A stretch of DNA of 37,198 bases. Source: a virus. Lineage: Duplodnaviria; Caudoviricetes. Location of the stretch: the IMG/VR virus record IMGVR_UViG_3300025103_000066, positions 1-37,198 of that record; one strand, written 5' to 3'. The notes beneath the pieces were generated by a model. It did not search any database. It saw nothing but the letters and a program-made list of their open reading frames with translations, and had not been told where the DNA came from. The position numbers and the translations under genes were made by a program. Positions 17,688 to 28,067 of this stretch are shown here, piece after piece (position 1 is the stretch's first letter; each line of letters starts with the position of its first letter).

Positions 17688-18571
17688 TAGTTTGTAGCCT
17701 GAACCCTTTCCATTTTATAAATACCATCCCTTGTAGTATCTCTATACAGTTGGGCGGTAACACTATATTCAGAAAAAGCATTTTCAGTGAAGTTAATAGG
17801 TAAACCAGCAGCTGCAACTTTATAACAATCCAATGCAGTCATAAATTTATCACCGGCACGCTGTCCAGTAATAATTAAACCGAAATCATTAAATACTTCT
17901 GTTGAACTTCCAACAACTACTTCTTGACTTTCAGTGTTGATCGGTCTTGAGCTAAATACAGCAGTATCACCTGAAGTCATTGCAATAGTTCCAGCCCCAC
18001 CAGTTAATTCAACCCCAAAATCAGGAATTTCAACAGCAGTAGATGTTGTAATTGTCAAAGGTGAAGCTGTGATTTTAAGAAGATCATCTTCAAATGTCTT
18101 ATCCGTACCATTAGCAAAATCAAGGTTTGTTGAAGCGTAAACATCAACAGTTGTAGCACTTACAGCTTTTACTACAAAACCGGCAAATTTAACATCAGTT
18201 TCATCACCAGACTTTACACCTACTGAAGCAATACCAGTTGAGGCAACTACAGATGTTCCATTTGCATTCGCAATAGCAACTACACTACCACCAGATTCAG
18301 CAGAATTTTCTGTAATAGCTTTACCAACCAAGGCTTCAAATATCCAATTTGGATACTCCTTAAGCGTCAAACTTATTTCAGCTGTTATTAATCCTCTTTC
18401 TACTTTCCAAGGATATTTAGAAGAACCACCATTTAAAGGAATAAGTTCACCTTCAGAAGAAAGTTCACAAGATCCTACAACTTGTGTGGTTCCTAAAAAT
18501 TCCCTAGTAGTTATGTTATATGGCGTTACAGAATGAATACCAAATATTGTTTTTGGTTGTGAAAGTGGCAT
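17687..18571 (-). CDS. Major tail tube protein
   Basis: 294-aa beta-rich protein upstream of chaperones and TMP; AAGGAG RBS; no sheath gene present. Confidence 0.8.
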   Translation of the reverse strand: MPLSQPKTIFGIHSVTPYNITTREFLGTTQVVGSCELSSEGELIPLNGGSSKYPWKVERGLITAEISLTLKEYPNWIFEALVGKAITENSAESGGSVVAIANANGTSVVASTGIASVGVKSGDETDVKFAGFVVKAVSATTVDVYASTNLDFANGTDKTFEDDLLKITASPLTITTSTAVEIPDFGVELTGGAGTIAMTSGDTAVFSSRPINTESQEVVVGSSTEVFNDFGLIITGQRAGDKFMTALDCYKVAAAGLPINFTENAFSEYSVTAQLYRDTTRDGIYKMERVQATN

Positions 18572-18583
18572 GTTCTTTACTCC

Positions 18584-18751
18584 TTAAATTATGTTTTCTG
18601 TTTTTAAATTGGCATAAAATTTCTTAGGTACCTTCAGTTCAATAATATCATCACCTTCTTTAATGTCGTAGCGTTCACTATTTTGAACTATTAAAAAATC
18701 TTTCTTAGCAACAATATTATCTTTTTTTACTTCATCCTTCTTATCTGTCAT
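18584..18751 (-). CDS. Small 55-aa protein (not in ORF track)
   Basis: MTDKKDEVKKDNIVAKKDFLIVQNSERYDIKEGDDIIELKVPKKFYANLKTENII; fills the gap with an AGGTG RBS. Confidence 0.7.
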   Translation of the reverse strand: MTDKKDEVKKDNIVAKKDFLIVQNSERYDIKEGDDIIELKVPKKFYANLKTENII

Positions 18752-18756
18752 ATCAC

Positions 18757-19227
18757 CTATCCTATTATTGTTGAAACAATTTTTATACCGCCAACTTTAA
18801 AATCAGCACCTTCATTAAGGGGTGCGTTTGCTGGTACTAATTCTGATACTTTAAGCCCTGAATGTTTTCCACTTTTAAACTTCTCTTGTATAACCTCTCT
18901 TAAGCACCTTGAATATCGTAACACCTTTTCCAAGGTATTTCCACTATTTGTATTATTAAACACAACTTCAAAGTTTAAGGTAACTTCTAAAGCTGTTGCA
19001 CCTCCATTTGAATTAGTGGCAAGATCTGTAATGCCATAATAAATAAAAGGATCTGCATTTAAAATTTGCTCACCTGAACTATTAAAATAACTCGTATTAG
19101 GAACGCTTTCAAGGGTAATAGAATCAGCCTTTTCACTGTTTATTGCAGTTATTTTTGCTGGCAAATTAGCCTGAACAATTGACAAAACATCAGCTAAAAA
19201 ACTTTCAATATCATACTTACCTGACAT
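18757..19227 (-). CDS. Tail terminator / completion protein
   Basis: Size and position between the morphogenesis and tail tube genes. Confidence 0.6.
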   Translation of the reverse strand: MSGKYDIESFLADVLSIVQANLPAKITAINSEKADSITLESVPNTSYFNSSGEQILNADPFIYYGITDLATNSNGGATALEVTLNFEVVFNNTNSGNTLEKVLRYSRCLREVIQEKFKSGKHSGLKVSELVPANAPLNEGADFKVGGIKIVSTIIG

Positions 19228-19717
19228 TTCCCAAAACCTCTAATTTTGATGCAACATAATCTGAAATCATACGCTGGAATCTTAAAGATTGTGCATCATC
19301 TATAAATAAATATTTCCTTGCTGGCATCTTCTTAGTTCCTTCTTGAATATACTTACTATATGGAACCCTTGTACCCTGAAGAAGTGATTGCTTGCCTATA
19401 AATCTAATTGTGTCACTATTGCCCCTTCCTGTAACTGAATCCCTTAAATCACCAGTAGAAACTAAAATTGGAAGGTTGCCTTTTGTTGCTCTTTTGCGTG
19501 TGGCATACGCTTCACTTAATTCAGGATATTTACCAGATCCTTTAAGTATGAAGTTTTGCTTTGTAGTTTTGAAAATATCCCTTGATATTTCCCCCATTAC
19601 AAAACGCAAATCACCAACTTCCTTAATTGCTTCATCAAGGTTCTTTTTAAATTGAATATCATTTTCAATCTTATATGAAGTAAATCCTACCACTGATCCA
19701 CCCCCTTTTGAAAGCAA
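19217..19717 (-). CDS. Phage virion morphogenesis protein (Mu gpG / tail completion S-like)
   Basis: LSEAYATRK...ILVSTGDLRDS...GTRVPYSKYIQEGTKKMPARKYL. Confidence 0.85.
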   Translation of the reverse strand: MLSKGGGSVVGFTSYKIENDIQFKKNLDEAIKEVGDLRFVMGEISRDIFKTTKQNFILKGSGKYPELSEAYATRKRATKGNLPILVSTGDLRDSVTGRGNSDTIRFIGKQSLLQGTRVPYSKYIQEGTKKMPARKYLFIDDAQSLRFQRMISDYVASKLEVLGNVR

Positions 19718-20145
19718 GGTGTTAAATCTTCATTGCCTGTTTCTGTGTGAAAAGATCCAAGCCCCCCAGAAGTATCAATTTCAGTTTCATCAGGCAGATC
19801 AAGTTTATTATCACGTATTGCTGTTAGCATTTTCATGCTTTCACGGTATGCAGAACCCTCAGTAATATCTTGTGGAATGTTACTATCAGGAACTGGAACC
19901 GATTTTTTCAGATTCAATATCTTAGTGATGCGATAAACAACAATATCAATTGCTATTTTCTTCACAACCAACAAAGCAGCTGCTGCTGTTAAAGGTGTTG
20001 CATATCGTTTGCCAACATACATATCAATAACAGCATCCGCTTGATTTAGAAAATCCGCTACAGCATCAGTTGTAACTTGACTGGTTGCCGAAAAGGTAAC
20101 GCCTTTTAGTTCTTCAACAATATCTGCTTCCAGTGCATAAGTCAT
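19687..20145 (-). CDS. Head-tail adaptor (Mu gp36 / DUF1320-like)
   Basis: MTYA...ADAVIDMYVGKRYATPL...IAIDIVVYRI...YRESMKML. Confidence 0.8.
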   Translation of the reverse strand: MTYALEADIVEELKGVTFSATSQVTTDAVADFLNQADAVIDMYVGKRYATPLTAAAALLVVKKIAIDIVVYRITKILNLKKSVPVPDSNIPQDITEGSAYRESMKMLTAIRDNKLDLPDETEIDTSGGLGSFHTETGNEDLTPCFQKGVDQW

Positions 20146-20148
20146 ATT

Positions 20149-20631
20149 CTAAACTTCCTTGATATAACCAAGTTTTTTAAATTCAGCAATCTTAGTTTCA
20201 GGGCAAACTGAATGCTTAGGATAAAACAAACCGTTTCTTTTTAAGTTGCCTTTAAGAACCCAGCATTTAACTCTCATTGAAAAAGCTTTTTGAGCGGCTT
20301 CATATTCAGCTTTCGCTTTTTCCACAGCCTCTTTCTTTTCATCACGCTCTTCTACAGGATTAGGTGTTTCTTCAGGCTCAGCATCAGATTCTTCTGCCTC
20401 TTCTGCTCCCTCAGGCTCATCTTCACCTTCCGCCCCTTCAGTTGCATCTGGTGTTTCTTTAGGCGCATTTTCTAGAGCAGCAGCTGCTGCTTCTTTCTCT
20501 AGTTCAGCAAGCTCTTCAGCTTCCATTCTGGCAAGCTCTTCAGCTTCTTCTTTTTCCAGTGCGGCTTTTTCTTCTGCCTCTTGCTTTAGTCTTTTTTCTT
20601 CAGCTTTTTCTTGTGCAGTTTTTTTAGTCAT
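20149..20631 (-). CDS. Acidic low-complexity protein following the capsid gene
   Basis: Glu/Ala-rich N-terminus with a small globular C-terminal domain (..KLGYI). Confidence 0.7.
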   Translation of the reverse strand: MTKKTAQEKAEEKRLKQEAEEKAALEKEEAEELARMEAEELAELEKEAAAAALENAPKETPDATEGAEGEDEPEGAEEAEESDAEPEETPNPVEERDEKKEAVEKAKAEYEAAQKAFSMRVKCWVLKGNLKRNGLFYPKHSVCPETKIAEFKKLGYIKEV

Positions 20632-20662
20632 ATCAATTACCTAGTTTTTAATTGTGAGATAA

Positions 20663-20693
20663 AGGGGTAGGCAATTTAACTTTGCCTACCCCT
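20663..20693 (-). terminator. Putative intrinsic terminator/attenuator after the major capsid gene
   Basis: 12-bp stem aggggtaggcaa / ttgcctacccct, 7-nt loop, short U-tract on the - strand. Confidence 0.7.
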
Positions 20694-20698
20694 AGTAA

Positions 20699-21631
20699 TT
20701 ATGCAATAGAATCTTTAATAAGATACCCTGCATCCGCATTAGCAATCAAATAGTCATAATGATCATCAACCAAAATTTCCTTTGCATTAGCTGGGTTTGT
20801 TACAGCGTTTTTGTAAACCCTTCTAGTATCAGAAAATTGCTGGAATCTATAACCAAGTGAAACTTGACGTTTTGCAGCAGTAGTAGGTGAAACAGCAAAT
20901 ACAATATGCTTGCCCCATACTGGCAAGATTGCTGAAGTTTGACCTTGATTTGCGCTTTCATAAATGGCTTCTGCAATAAGAACCCTTTTAACATCGAAAA
21001 CAGCAGCTAGATCATCAAGCGTTAATTTACCGCTACGATTATACTTATAGCCAACTTCCAAAATTTTTGGGTGGTAACGCAAAGTATCATATACAGCCCA
21101 CGGTAAAATAACAGTATCAGGTGCCATACCTACCTTGTTATAAACTGAAGCACGTGCAGTTTTAAAATCACCTAATGGATCTGAGTTAGTGTAATCAGTA
21201 TATTGATCAGTTCCAGAAAGAGTAACATTGTTAGTAAGAACCGCTGTATCTGTCAAAGAATCAGCAATACCTTTTTCTTTAGCCAACCATAGTAAAGTTG
21301 TTAGCTCATCAGTAGTATCTGCTTCTGCATCAAATGGCTTTTCAACATTTGCATATTCTTCTTCAGTTACCATATCTGACAAGCCGTGCTTATCAATGCT
21401 GTAGGTTTGGGTTGATTGTTGCCTTGTATCAACAGTTGGATATTTATTTTTACCACCTGTTAGAGTAGTAAGAATACGCATATGACCAGTTCCATAAGAA
21501 CCAAGTTTGCCTGTTGATTGAACAACTTTAACCATTGGAAAAATTTGTTCCGAAACATAACCTTGCGGCTCTATTTTGTTTGAAACATCAGTTAGGAGCT
21601 TATTGACTATTGCCGTTTGTTGTGATCCCAT
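20699..21631 (-). CDS. Major capsid protein (HK97 fold)
   Basis: 310 aa after protease and cement genes; LTDVS, IFPMVKV, SDPLGD, LRYHPKI, VWGK, AGYLIKD pattern. Confidence 0.9.
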   Translation of the reverse strand: MGSQQTAIVNKLLTDVSNKIEPQGYVSEQIFPMVKVVQSTGKLGSYGTGHMRILTTLTGGKNKYPTVDTRQQSTQTYSIDKHGLSDMVTEEEYANVEKPFDAEADTTDELTTLLWLAKEKGIADSLTDTAVLTNNVTLSGTDQYTDYTNSDPLGDFKTARASVYNKVGMAPDTVILPWAVYDTLRYHPKILEVGYKYNRSGKLTLDDLAAVFDVKRVLIAEAIYESANQGQTSAILPVWGKHIVFAVSPTTAAKRQVSLGYRFQQFSDTRRVYKNAVTNPANAKEILVDDHYDYLIANADAGYLIKDSIA

Positions 21632-21665
21632 TTTTAAATCCTCATTTTATTATTTTAAAAAAATT

Positions 21666-22343
21666 CTAGCTTAATGCTACAGAGCCAACGTTTTCTAGAA
21701 TCGTGCCATTACCAGCAGAATCCACATAAACCGCTAAAGCCTCATCAGGCGCATTCAATGTAGCAACATTGTTTGTACCGTCAAAAGTTCCAGATGTTAA
21801 TGTTAGCGTGTGTGCAGCAGTTCCAGATGCGCTTGTATCTTTAACAATAAACAGCCCAGGGTGGTTAGCAAAATCAGCAATTGTTGCCGCAACAACAACA
21901 GTTGCATGATTTAGTTCTACCGACTGCTTACCAGAAGAAACAGCACCAGAAGCTGTTAGCTCTTGAACTGCACTGGCTGAGGTTGTTCCTTGGAGAACCA
22001 ACACATTAAATTGATCATTATCAACTGCACTTTCTAAAGCAAGCGCACAATAAGTATCACCGACAAAAGCCGTTACTACATCACCAGCAGAATCTGTTTT
22101 TAGAAAATCACCAGCTGTAATAGTGCCACCAGCAATAGCAGTTGCGCCACCACCCATAGAAGCGATTTCAACAGATTTACCAGCTGTAGGTAGATTTTGA
22201 ACAAATCCAATGGTAGCTGCATTGGCACCTGCCACATCTACCGCACCATCAGAAGATAGAACGACAGCTTTATATTGAGAAGACGACAGATCAGAACCTG
22301 CCGCAAGGTTTATAATTTTAGAAGGGGTTGCTATACTAGGCAT
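21666..22343 (-). CDS. Capsid cement/decoration protein (DUF2190-like plus an extra C-terminal domain)
   Basis: AGSDLSSSQYKAV...AGGTITAGD...ALESA N-terminal domain; position before the capsid gene. Confidence 0.75.
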   Translation of the reverse strand: MPSIATPSKIINLAAGSDLSSSQYKAVVLSSDGAVDVAGANAATIGFVQNLPTAGKSVEIASMGGGATAIAGGTITAGDFLKTDSAGDVVTAFVGDTYCALALESAVDNDQFNVLVLQGTTSASAVQELTASGAVSSGKQSVELNHATVVVAATIADFANHPGLFIVKDTSASGTAAHTLTLTSGTFDGTNNVATLNAPDEALAVYVDSAGNGTILENVGSVALS

Positions 22344-22387
22344 ATCCTTAATTCCTTATTTTATGTTTATAAAAATTCCAACTATTT

Positions 22388-23422
22388 TTAGCTGGCTTTT
22401 AGTAATGAAGGGTTAGCTGATGTAACTCTTTTAGCTGCTTCAGTGAAGGTTATACCCTCTTCTTTAACTAGCTTATCAGCTTCTTCAGTGAATTTAGCAG
22501 AAGCAATATTTGCCTCATCATCCTCTGAGCTTGCGCCACTTCCTGCTTCTTTTAGGTTAATACCTGCAACTGCATTTTTAGCAAATTCTGCAATATCGCT
22601 ATCCATAAAAGCCGCACGTTGGGCTTCTACTACGTTGCCATTTGAAAGCATTGTGTTAAATTGAGCTTCTTTGTCTTTCTTAGCGTTTTCAGCAGTAAGA
22701 TCTTTTACCGTTCCACTCAACTTTGTTACCGTATCGCTAAGCTTTTTAATATCAGCATCCTTAGCTTTAACAGCTTCATCAGCTAATTTTTTAGCCTCAG
22801 AAAGCTTTTTAGCCTCAGCACCAGCTTCAGCAGTTTTTGTAGTGAAACCTAGCTTTTCGCCAAGTTGCAATTTTTCATCCTCAGATAATTCACCTACGGA
22901 CTCAAGTATTTCTTTAAAATCAACCATGTTAGTTTCCTTATTTTTGTTGTTAATGGGGTTGTTAATAATAGCCTCAGAAAATATAGGCTGCATATCTTTA
23001 ACATGCGGTCTATTTGTTATACCAGCACCATATAAAGTAGCACCGTATTCTTTCTTAGTTTCTGAATCGACATAATCAAGATCAAATTCAGCAGAAATAT
23101 ATCTTATTTCTTTTCCTAGTATTTTTTCCTTAGCCTTATCAGTCCATTCAACACGAACCCAAAGCTCAGAATCATTTTCTTTTAATTCAACTTCTTTAAC
23201 CCAGCCAGCCGCCTCAGCATGTGAATCGTGGAAATAGTCAATTGCTATATCCACTCTCCGAGCATTGCGATCAAAGTTCAACTTAAATTCTCTAAGAACT
23301 TCCTCAGTAATATCAAATTTGCCATAATAGGCATGATTAAACTCACCCTTTCGGATGAGCTGAACCCACTCAATATCTTTTTCGGGCATGTCTTGAAGTG
23401 CGAAATGGTATTTCTTAGACAT
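22388..23422 (-). CDS. Mu gpI-like prohead protease with C-terminal scaffold
   Basis: IDYFH..AAGWV...VEWT.KA...RYISAEF...GAGITNRP; coiled-coil C-terminus. Confidence 0.92.
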   Translation of the reverse strand: MSKKYHFALQDMPEKDIEWVQLIRKGEFNHAYYGKFDITEEVLREFKLNFDRNARRVDIAIDYFHDSHAEAAGWVKEVELKENDSELWVRVEWTDKAKEKILGKEIRYISAEFDLDYVDSETKKEYGATLYGAGITNRPHVKDMQPIFSEAIINNPINNKNKETNMVDFKEILESVGELSEDEKLQLGEKLGFTTKTAEAGAEAKKLSEAKKLADEAVKAKDADIKKLSDTVTKLSGTVKDLTAENAKKDKEAQFNTMLSNGNVVEAQRAAFMDSDIAEFAKNAVAGINLKEAGSGASSEDDEANIASAKFTEEADKLVKEEGITFTEAAKRVTSANPSLLKAS

Positions 23423-23455
23423 AGTGCCTCCAATTTACTTACACGCTATATATAG

Positions 23456-23508
23456 TATATTAACATATATTAATTGTAAAATAAAAATATTTACAACTAT
23501 TAATTGTA
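23456..23508 (-). promoter_or_regulatory. Putative late promoter region for the head genes
   Basis: TGTTAATATA on the - strand (23456-23465); tattaattgta repeated at 23468 and 23498; ttgtaaa/tttacaa inverted repeat. Confidence 0.45.
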
Positions 23509-23555
23509 GAATATTCTATTTCACATAATTAGTATGTAGATTGTAACACATAAGC

Positions 23556-25775
23556 CTAGAAGGTCTTGCTTTTCAGTATCTTAGCAACTTGATCTGGTGT
23601 ACCAGTAGGAGTTAAGCCTATTGGATTCACTGGAAGGTTGTTTTTTTGTCCCTTCAGTTGCGCCCTTACTGTTGATTCGCATTTGTGGTGGTATGGCGGC
23701 AAATCCGCTCTATCATATTCCTCTTTTGAAAACACCCTGCCAGCAAGTTCTTTGCAAATTGGTGCATCAGGATCTGGATTAACAATAACAAAACTTTCTA
23801 TCTCTTCAAATACTTCAGGCGTTTGAAATACTGCATTCCTTGCGCTGTTTACAGCACCAGATGTTGCATTTGTTGCCACCGTTGAAAGCACACCTGTTGC
23901 AGTATAAGATTTTGCCGCATCGTTCATATCAGCAATCAAAGCATTAACGCTATCTGTAGTATCAAGCTTTTGCGAGGCAATAAAGAACATCCTCTTTTTC
24001 AACTCAGCATCTTGATCTAGAACTATCTGATCTATGTTAGCACGTAGCTTATCCCTTAATGCAAATGGTAAAGTTTTTAGCAAATCATTGAACTCATCAA
24101 ATTTGATGTTGTCCATTTTCAGCTCTTTTGTAACATTCCTTGTTGCCTCTTCTGAAAGCCTAGCCATTTCCAAGCGTAATTTCTGCTTGTAATCACGCCG
24201 TGCAGGTATATCAGTTTCAGTTAGGATTTTGCGCCTCTTGGCAACATTTGTTTCTGCTTTGAACTGTTTAGCTATTTTGTTTAAATAGAGCTGTGTGCGT
24301 TCCTCAAGTTGTGTTTGCATAAGGGTGTGAACGTTATCAGCTCTATTGTTTATGAATACTGAAGCATTGTTACTTTCCGAAAATTTAACGCCCTCAGCTA
24401 GTCTTTTTTTTTCTGCATCCTTATCTTTTGGCTCATTAGGTGCAACACTTTCTTTCTTGCTTTGTGCCGCCCTTCCTTTTCCTTCTGCATCAAGCCTTTC
24501 TTTTTGATCTTGCGGTATTACTGGTAAATCATAGTCACGGCTCATAGCATCTTCTAATTGATCAGTATCACGAATAATGCCAGCATTTTTAAGCATAACG
24601 ATAACCTCAGCACGCTCTTTGCCGTTCTTGTTATTAACATCAGTTGCTTTAATTTGTGGGTATGCAACACGCTTGCCATACTTAGCATCAACCAATTTCT
24701 TAACTATGTATTTTTCTACAGCATCACCAATAGTTTCAGAGTAGTTTTCTATGCCATTCAAGAATAATGTTGATTGATCCTTTCCTAAATTGACACCAGA
24801 TTGCCCTTTCATTCCAAGTTCTAGGAACCCAGCAAGGAAAGATTTAGACATTCTACGATCTTCTGAATCAATTGCATTCTCAACAGCATCAGCATCAAAA
24901 TCAATCTTAGTAACATCAACCTCAAACCCATCAGGCATTACCATATAAGTTGATTGGTGTGAGGTGAAACGCTTTAACATCTTCTTAATGAAATCCATTT
25001 GCTCAGCATCATCTTGTGCAGCAGGTGGAACCTTTGCCACTAAAACACCTGTTGCAGTGCGCTCTATACCCATTGCCAATATTTTCAGGTAGAAATCTTT
25101 TCTCATGTAGTTGCCATATACAGGGCGCAACATGCTTGTACCTTCGTAGTTATCCCCTTCTTTCTTGAAGGTAATAGGCATAAGGTTTGCACCGTCAATT
25201 TTAACATCAACACCTAGATCACCTTGCGCCAATTGTCGTACATTCTTGATAGAACCGTTCTTGTTTAAATTCCATTCGTAAATTGTCTTTTGTGACCGAT
25301 AACCTATATCTCGTACACCTACATAATTGCCCCATTTTGGATGATCCATAACAACTTTATATACAGGCTCAAACAATGAAAAACCAAACTCAATAGATGT
25401 TAAAGCCTCCGTGATGAACTCCCTAAAACTTTTGCTCTTAGATCCATCTGGATAACCCATATCTTCAAATAAACAGAACTGAACAAACTTAGCAATTTCT
25501 TGCTCTTCATCTGTATCATCTACAGCTTCCACACCCCAATTTGCAGCAATGATAGGATTCTTTACAGCTGATAAAAGCATTTGCACCTGATAATCTGAAC
25601 GCCTCATTTTGTCGAAAACGTCCATTCCTTCAGGCATAGTTGCGAACTTTGATAAATATTCCTCAGCATAGGAGCCTGAAAATATTTCAATACCAGTAGT
25701 ACCTTCATTAACAAAATGCTCAGGTGATTCCGAACTTTTACCGAAAATGTTTTTTAAGAAATCCTGTATAGCCAT
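23556..25775 (-). CDS. Portal protein (DUF935 / Mu gp29-like) fused to a Mu gpF/SPP1 gp7-like head morphogenesis domain
   Basis: FGFSLFE, NYEGTSMLRPVY, IER...G portal motifs; C-terminal D.PICKELAGRVF...PPYHHKCES. Confidence 0.88.
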   Translation of the reverse strand: MAIQDFLKNIFGKSSESPEHFVNEGTTGIEIFSGSYAEEYLSKFATMPEGMDVFDKMRRSDYQVQMLLSAVKNPIIAANWGVEAVDDTDEEQEIAKFVQFCLFEDMGYPDGSKSKSFREFITEALTSIEFGFSLFEPVYKVVMDHPKWGNYVGVRDIGYRSQKTIYEWNLNKNGSIKNVRQLAQGDLGVDVKIDGANLMPITFKKEGDNYEGTSMLRPVYGNYMRKDFYLKILAMGIERTATGVLVAKVPPAAQDDAEQMDFIKKMLKRFTSHQSTYMVMPDGFEVDVTKIDFDADAVENAIDSEDRRMSKSFLAGFLELGMKGQSGVNLGKDQSTLFLNGIENYSETIGDAVEKYIVKKLVDAKYGKRVAYPQIKATDVNNKNGKERAEVIVMLKNAGIIRDTDQLEDAMSRDYDLPVIPQDQKERLDAEGKGRAAQSKKESVAPNEPKDKDAEKKRLAEGVKFSESNNASVFINNRADNVHTLMQTQLEERTQLYLNKIAKQFKAETNVAKRRKILTETDIPARRDYKQKLRLEMARLSEEATRNVTKELKMDNIKFDEFNDLLKTLPFALRDKLRANIDQIVLDQDAELKKRMFFIASQKLDTTDSVNALIADMNDAAKSYTATGVLSTVATNATSGAVNSARNAVFQTPEVFEEIESFVIVNPDPDAPICKELAGRVFSKEEYDRADLPPYHHKCESTVRAQLKGQKNNLPVNPIGLTPTGTPDQVAKILKSKTF

Positions 25776-25800
25776 ATTTTACCTACCATTAAAAATATAT

Positions 25801-27231
25801 TTATTCGTCAAAAAATAATTTGTTTAGTTTACCAACGCCACCACCAACCCAATTTAAGAATTGTGAAGTAGAATCAACCTGATCATCATGGGGCGCATTA
25901 GGGAATAAAACCATCTCATCAATGTAATCTTGAACCCACGTTGCGCCCTTCTTTAAAAATACTTTACCATCTTCTACAAGTGGACTACATGTAGAAGCTC
26001 TTATTATCTTATCACCTTCTGGTTCAATTGCTACAATATTAAATGTTGTACTATTTTTCATATCCTGTATGAGCGATTGACCACTTGATTTATCTTCTAC
26101 TAAATTACTTAGCAATTTATGCCCCTTATAAACTTCATCCTTGCCTTTCCAATATTCCGCAAGATTCCTAAACTCCCTTTTCAATCTAGGGTATAACATT
26201 TTATCTCTTACCACCTGAAGCAAGTCATAACCTGCATCATGTTCACCCCAAACAGTTGCAACAGATGGATCATTTAATTGATTTGCTTTACCTGCTGTAT
26301 CCCATGAAATAACTATACGCTTATACTTTCTGTAATGGGTATACCAGCCGAAATCATCTTCATTAAATATTGAACCACCTGCATCTACAGGGTTTTGTTG
26401 ATACAATGATTCAAAGTTTTTCGTACCTTGCAACCTTTTTCTTGCAAGAATAAACTCTAATGATTTTAATTCTGGAAATAAAACCTCACCTTTTTTTCTA
26501 TGTTTTTCATCTTCTGTTGCTATTGCGGCATATTTTAGAACCCTAATATTATCAGGCTTGCTTTTAATAAGCCTACCAGTAGGATCATCAACAGACCATC
26601 TTGTATTAATTATCAGCAGCCCAGCATTCTCAGAAAAGCGTGTAAAAAAATCATCTGCAAACCACTCCCATGTTTTATCTTTTATCGTGTCGCTTTCTGC
26701 TGCCTCCCTTCCTTTCATGGGATCATCAATAATGCCAAAATCCAAACTCTCACCAGTAATTGAGCCTAGAACTGTTGTATTTCTAAAAGAACCCTCTTCA
26801 CCTAGAAACTCTATCAATTCCATGTTAACGGTATAATCTTTATCTTTCCGAGTAGGGAGTTTAAATCTAGGGAAAATTTCTTTATATTCCTCAGATCTCA
26901 TTATTCTTTTTAAGCGTAGGTTTGCACGAACACCCAGCCTTTTTGAGAATGATGCAAATATTTGTTTTAGGTGCGGATGCTTGCCTATTACCCATGCTAT
27001 GAAGTCAATTATCTGAACTGATTTACCATGCTGAGGCGGTGCCTCCATAACAAGTATAGGCTTCTTACCAGCAATCATATCATTTAAGAATTGCTGCAAC
27101 TCAGCTGCAACTTCTAGCTGCCACCAGCCCACTTTCAGATTTTTATTTATACGAGTTCTAAAAGTCCAGAAACATCTTCTTGCCTTAGCATTCTGAATCC
27201 GTTTCTGTTCCTGCCCTAGATTCAACTTCAT
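25801..27231 (-). CDS. terL: Terminase large subunit
   Basis: PPQHGKS Walker A, IIDDP Walker B, TRW..DD, LYQQNP, SWDTA, VEDKSSG, FPNAPHDDQVD nuclease motifs. Confidence 0.97.
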   Translation of the reverse strand: MKLNLGQEQKRIQNAKARRCFWTFRTRINKNLKVGWWQLEVAAELQQFLNDMIAGKKPILVMEAPPQHGKSVQIIDFIAWVIGKHPHLKQIFASFSKRLGVRANLRLKRIMRSEEYKEIFPRFKLPTRKDKDYTVNMELIEFLGEEGSFRNTTVLGSITGESLDFGIIDDPMKGREAAESDTIKDKTWEWFADDFFTRFSENAGLLIINTRWSVDDPTGRLIKSKPDNIRVLKYAAIATEDEKHRKKGEVLFPELKSLEFILARKRLQGTKNFESLYQQNPVDAGGSIFNEDDFGWYTHYRKYKRIVISWDTAGKANQLNDPSVATVWGEHDAGYDLLQVVRDKMLYPRLKREFRNLAEYWKGKDEVYKGHKLLSNLVEDKSSGQSLIQDMKNSTTFNIVAIEPEGDKIIRASTCSPLVEDGKVFLKKGATWVQDYIDEMVLFPNAPHDDQVDSTSQFLNWVGGGVGKLNKLFFDE

Positions 27232-27754
27232 CAGCTAACTTATTTACAATTTTTTCATATGATTCAAATTCTTCATCACTTAATATATCAAGGTTTACTT
27301 CCTGTTTTTCAACAGCCTCTGTTTTGATCTTTCCGCTTTGCTCAATAGCTTCTTTTAATCCTAGATCCCTAGCTATAATGTTTGCATTCAGCATGTTAGC
27401 AGCCGCCCCTGTGAACTTCTGTGTGCGTATTACTTCATCAGCCCACTTAATGACTTCAGGAAAATCTTTCTTACTTTCACTTTCGCTTGTACGCCATTCA
27501 CACCATGTTTCATGCGTTATGTCTAAAAAGATACACAAACCGCCTATTGTCATTGCACGCATCTTTTCAACATCACCAGTAATAACACCTTCCTTAGTGG
27601 AAAATATACGCTGCTCAAGCAAAGGATTATCTTCAACCCATTCAAAGTATTCAATGCAAGCTTCCCTTAACTTATCAGCATCTTTAAATATTAGATCCCT
27701 TCCGTGTTTACTACGTAGCTTCCAAAATTGGTTTCCAATTCTCTTATCTGTCAT
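27185..27754 (-). CDS. terS: Terminase small subunit (P22 gp3-like)
   Basis: GNQFWKLRSKHGR...YFEWVEDNPL...RAMTIGGLCIFL...QKFTGAAA..LNANIIARDLGL. Confidence 0.93.
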   Translation of the reverse strand: MTDKRIGNQFWKLRSKHGRDLIFKDADKLREACIEYFEWVEDNPLLEQRIFSTKEGVITGDVEKMRAMTIGGLCIFLDITHETWCEWRTSESESKKDFPEVIKWADEVIRTQKFTGAAANMLNANIIARDLGLKEAIEQSGKIKTEAVEKQEVNLDILSDEEFESYEKIVNKLADEVESRAGTETDSEC

Positions 27755-27755
27755 T

Positions 27756-28067
27756 TTATTGAATCCCCTTTGTTAATTTTTTTATTTGAAACTTTAATGC
27801 AGCTATTTCATTTTCTTGATCTGATATTGTTTTTTTTAAATTATCTGCATATCTTTTATATTGTGCATCTTCAGCTTCTTTAATGCTGATCCTATTCATA
27901 TCAAACAGGTATTGTTGAAAGTTTCCATATGTAAGATTTGTTATTATAGTTCTTAACCTTCCCCAGTCTTTTATTTCCCCTTTTTTCCACCTATCAGCAA
28001 TTAAACGCATTTCATTAACAAATTCTCTTGCCAGTTCATTACTCCATCGCTCGCTTTCTTTATCCAT
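27756..28067 (-). CDS. Hypothetical protein
   Basis: 103-aa ORF in tight operon packing. Confidence 0.65.
   Translation of the reverse strand: MDKESERWSNELAREFVNEMRLIADRWKKGEIKDWGRLRTIITNLTYGNFQQYLFDMNRISIKEAEDAQYKRYADNLKKTISDQENEIAALKFQIKKLTKGIQ

Noticed and set aside
23460-23473. CtrA box
   Set aside because: TTAA-N6-TTAA rather than TTAA-N7-TTAA, in very AT-rich DNA.
6553-27776. Many + strand ORFs antisense to structural genes (e.g. 11771-12349, 16353-16727, 22671-23075, 27324-27776)
   Set aside because: Shadow ORFs of well-supported - strand genes, with no recognisable motifs.
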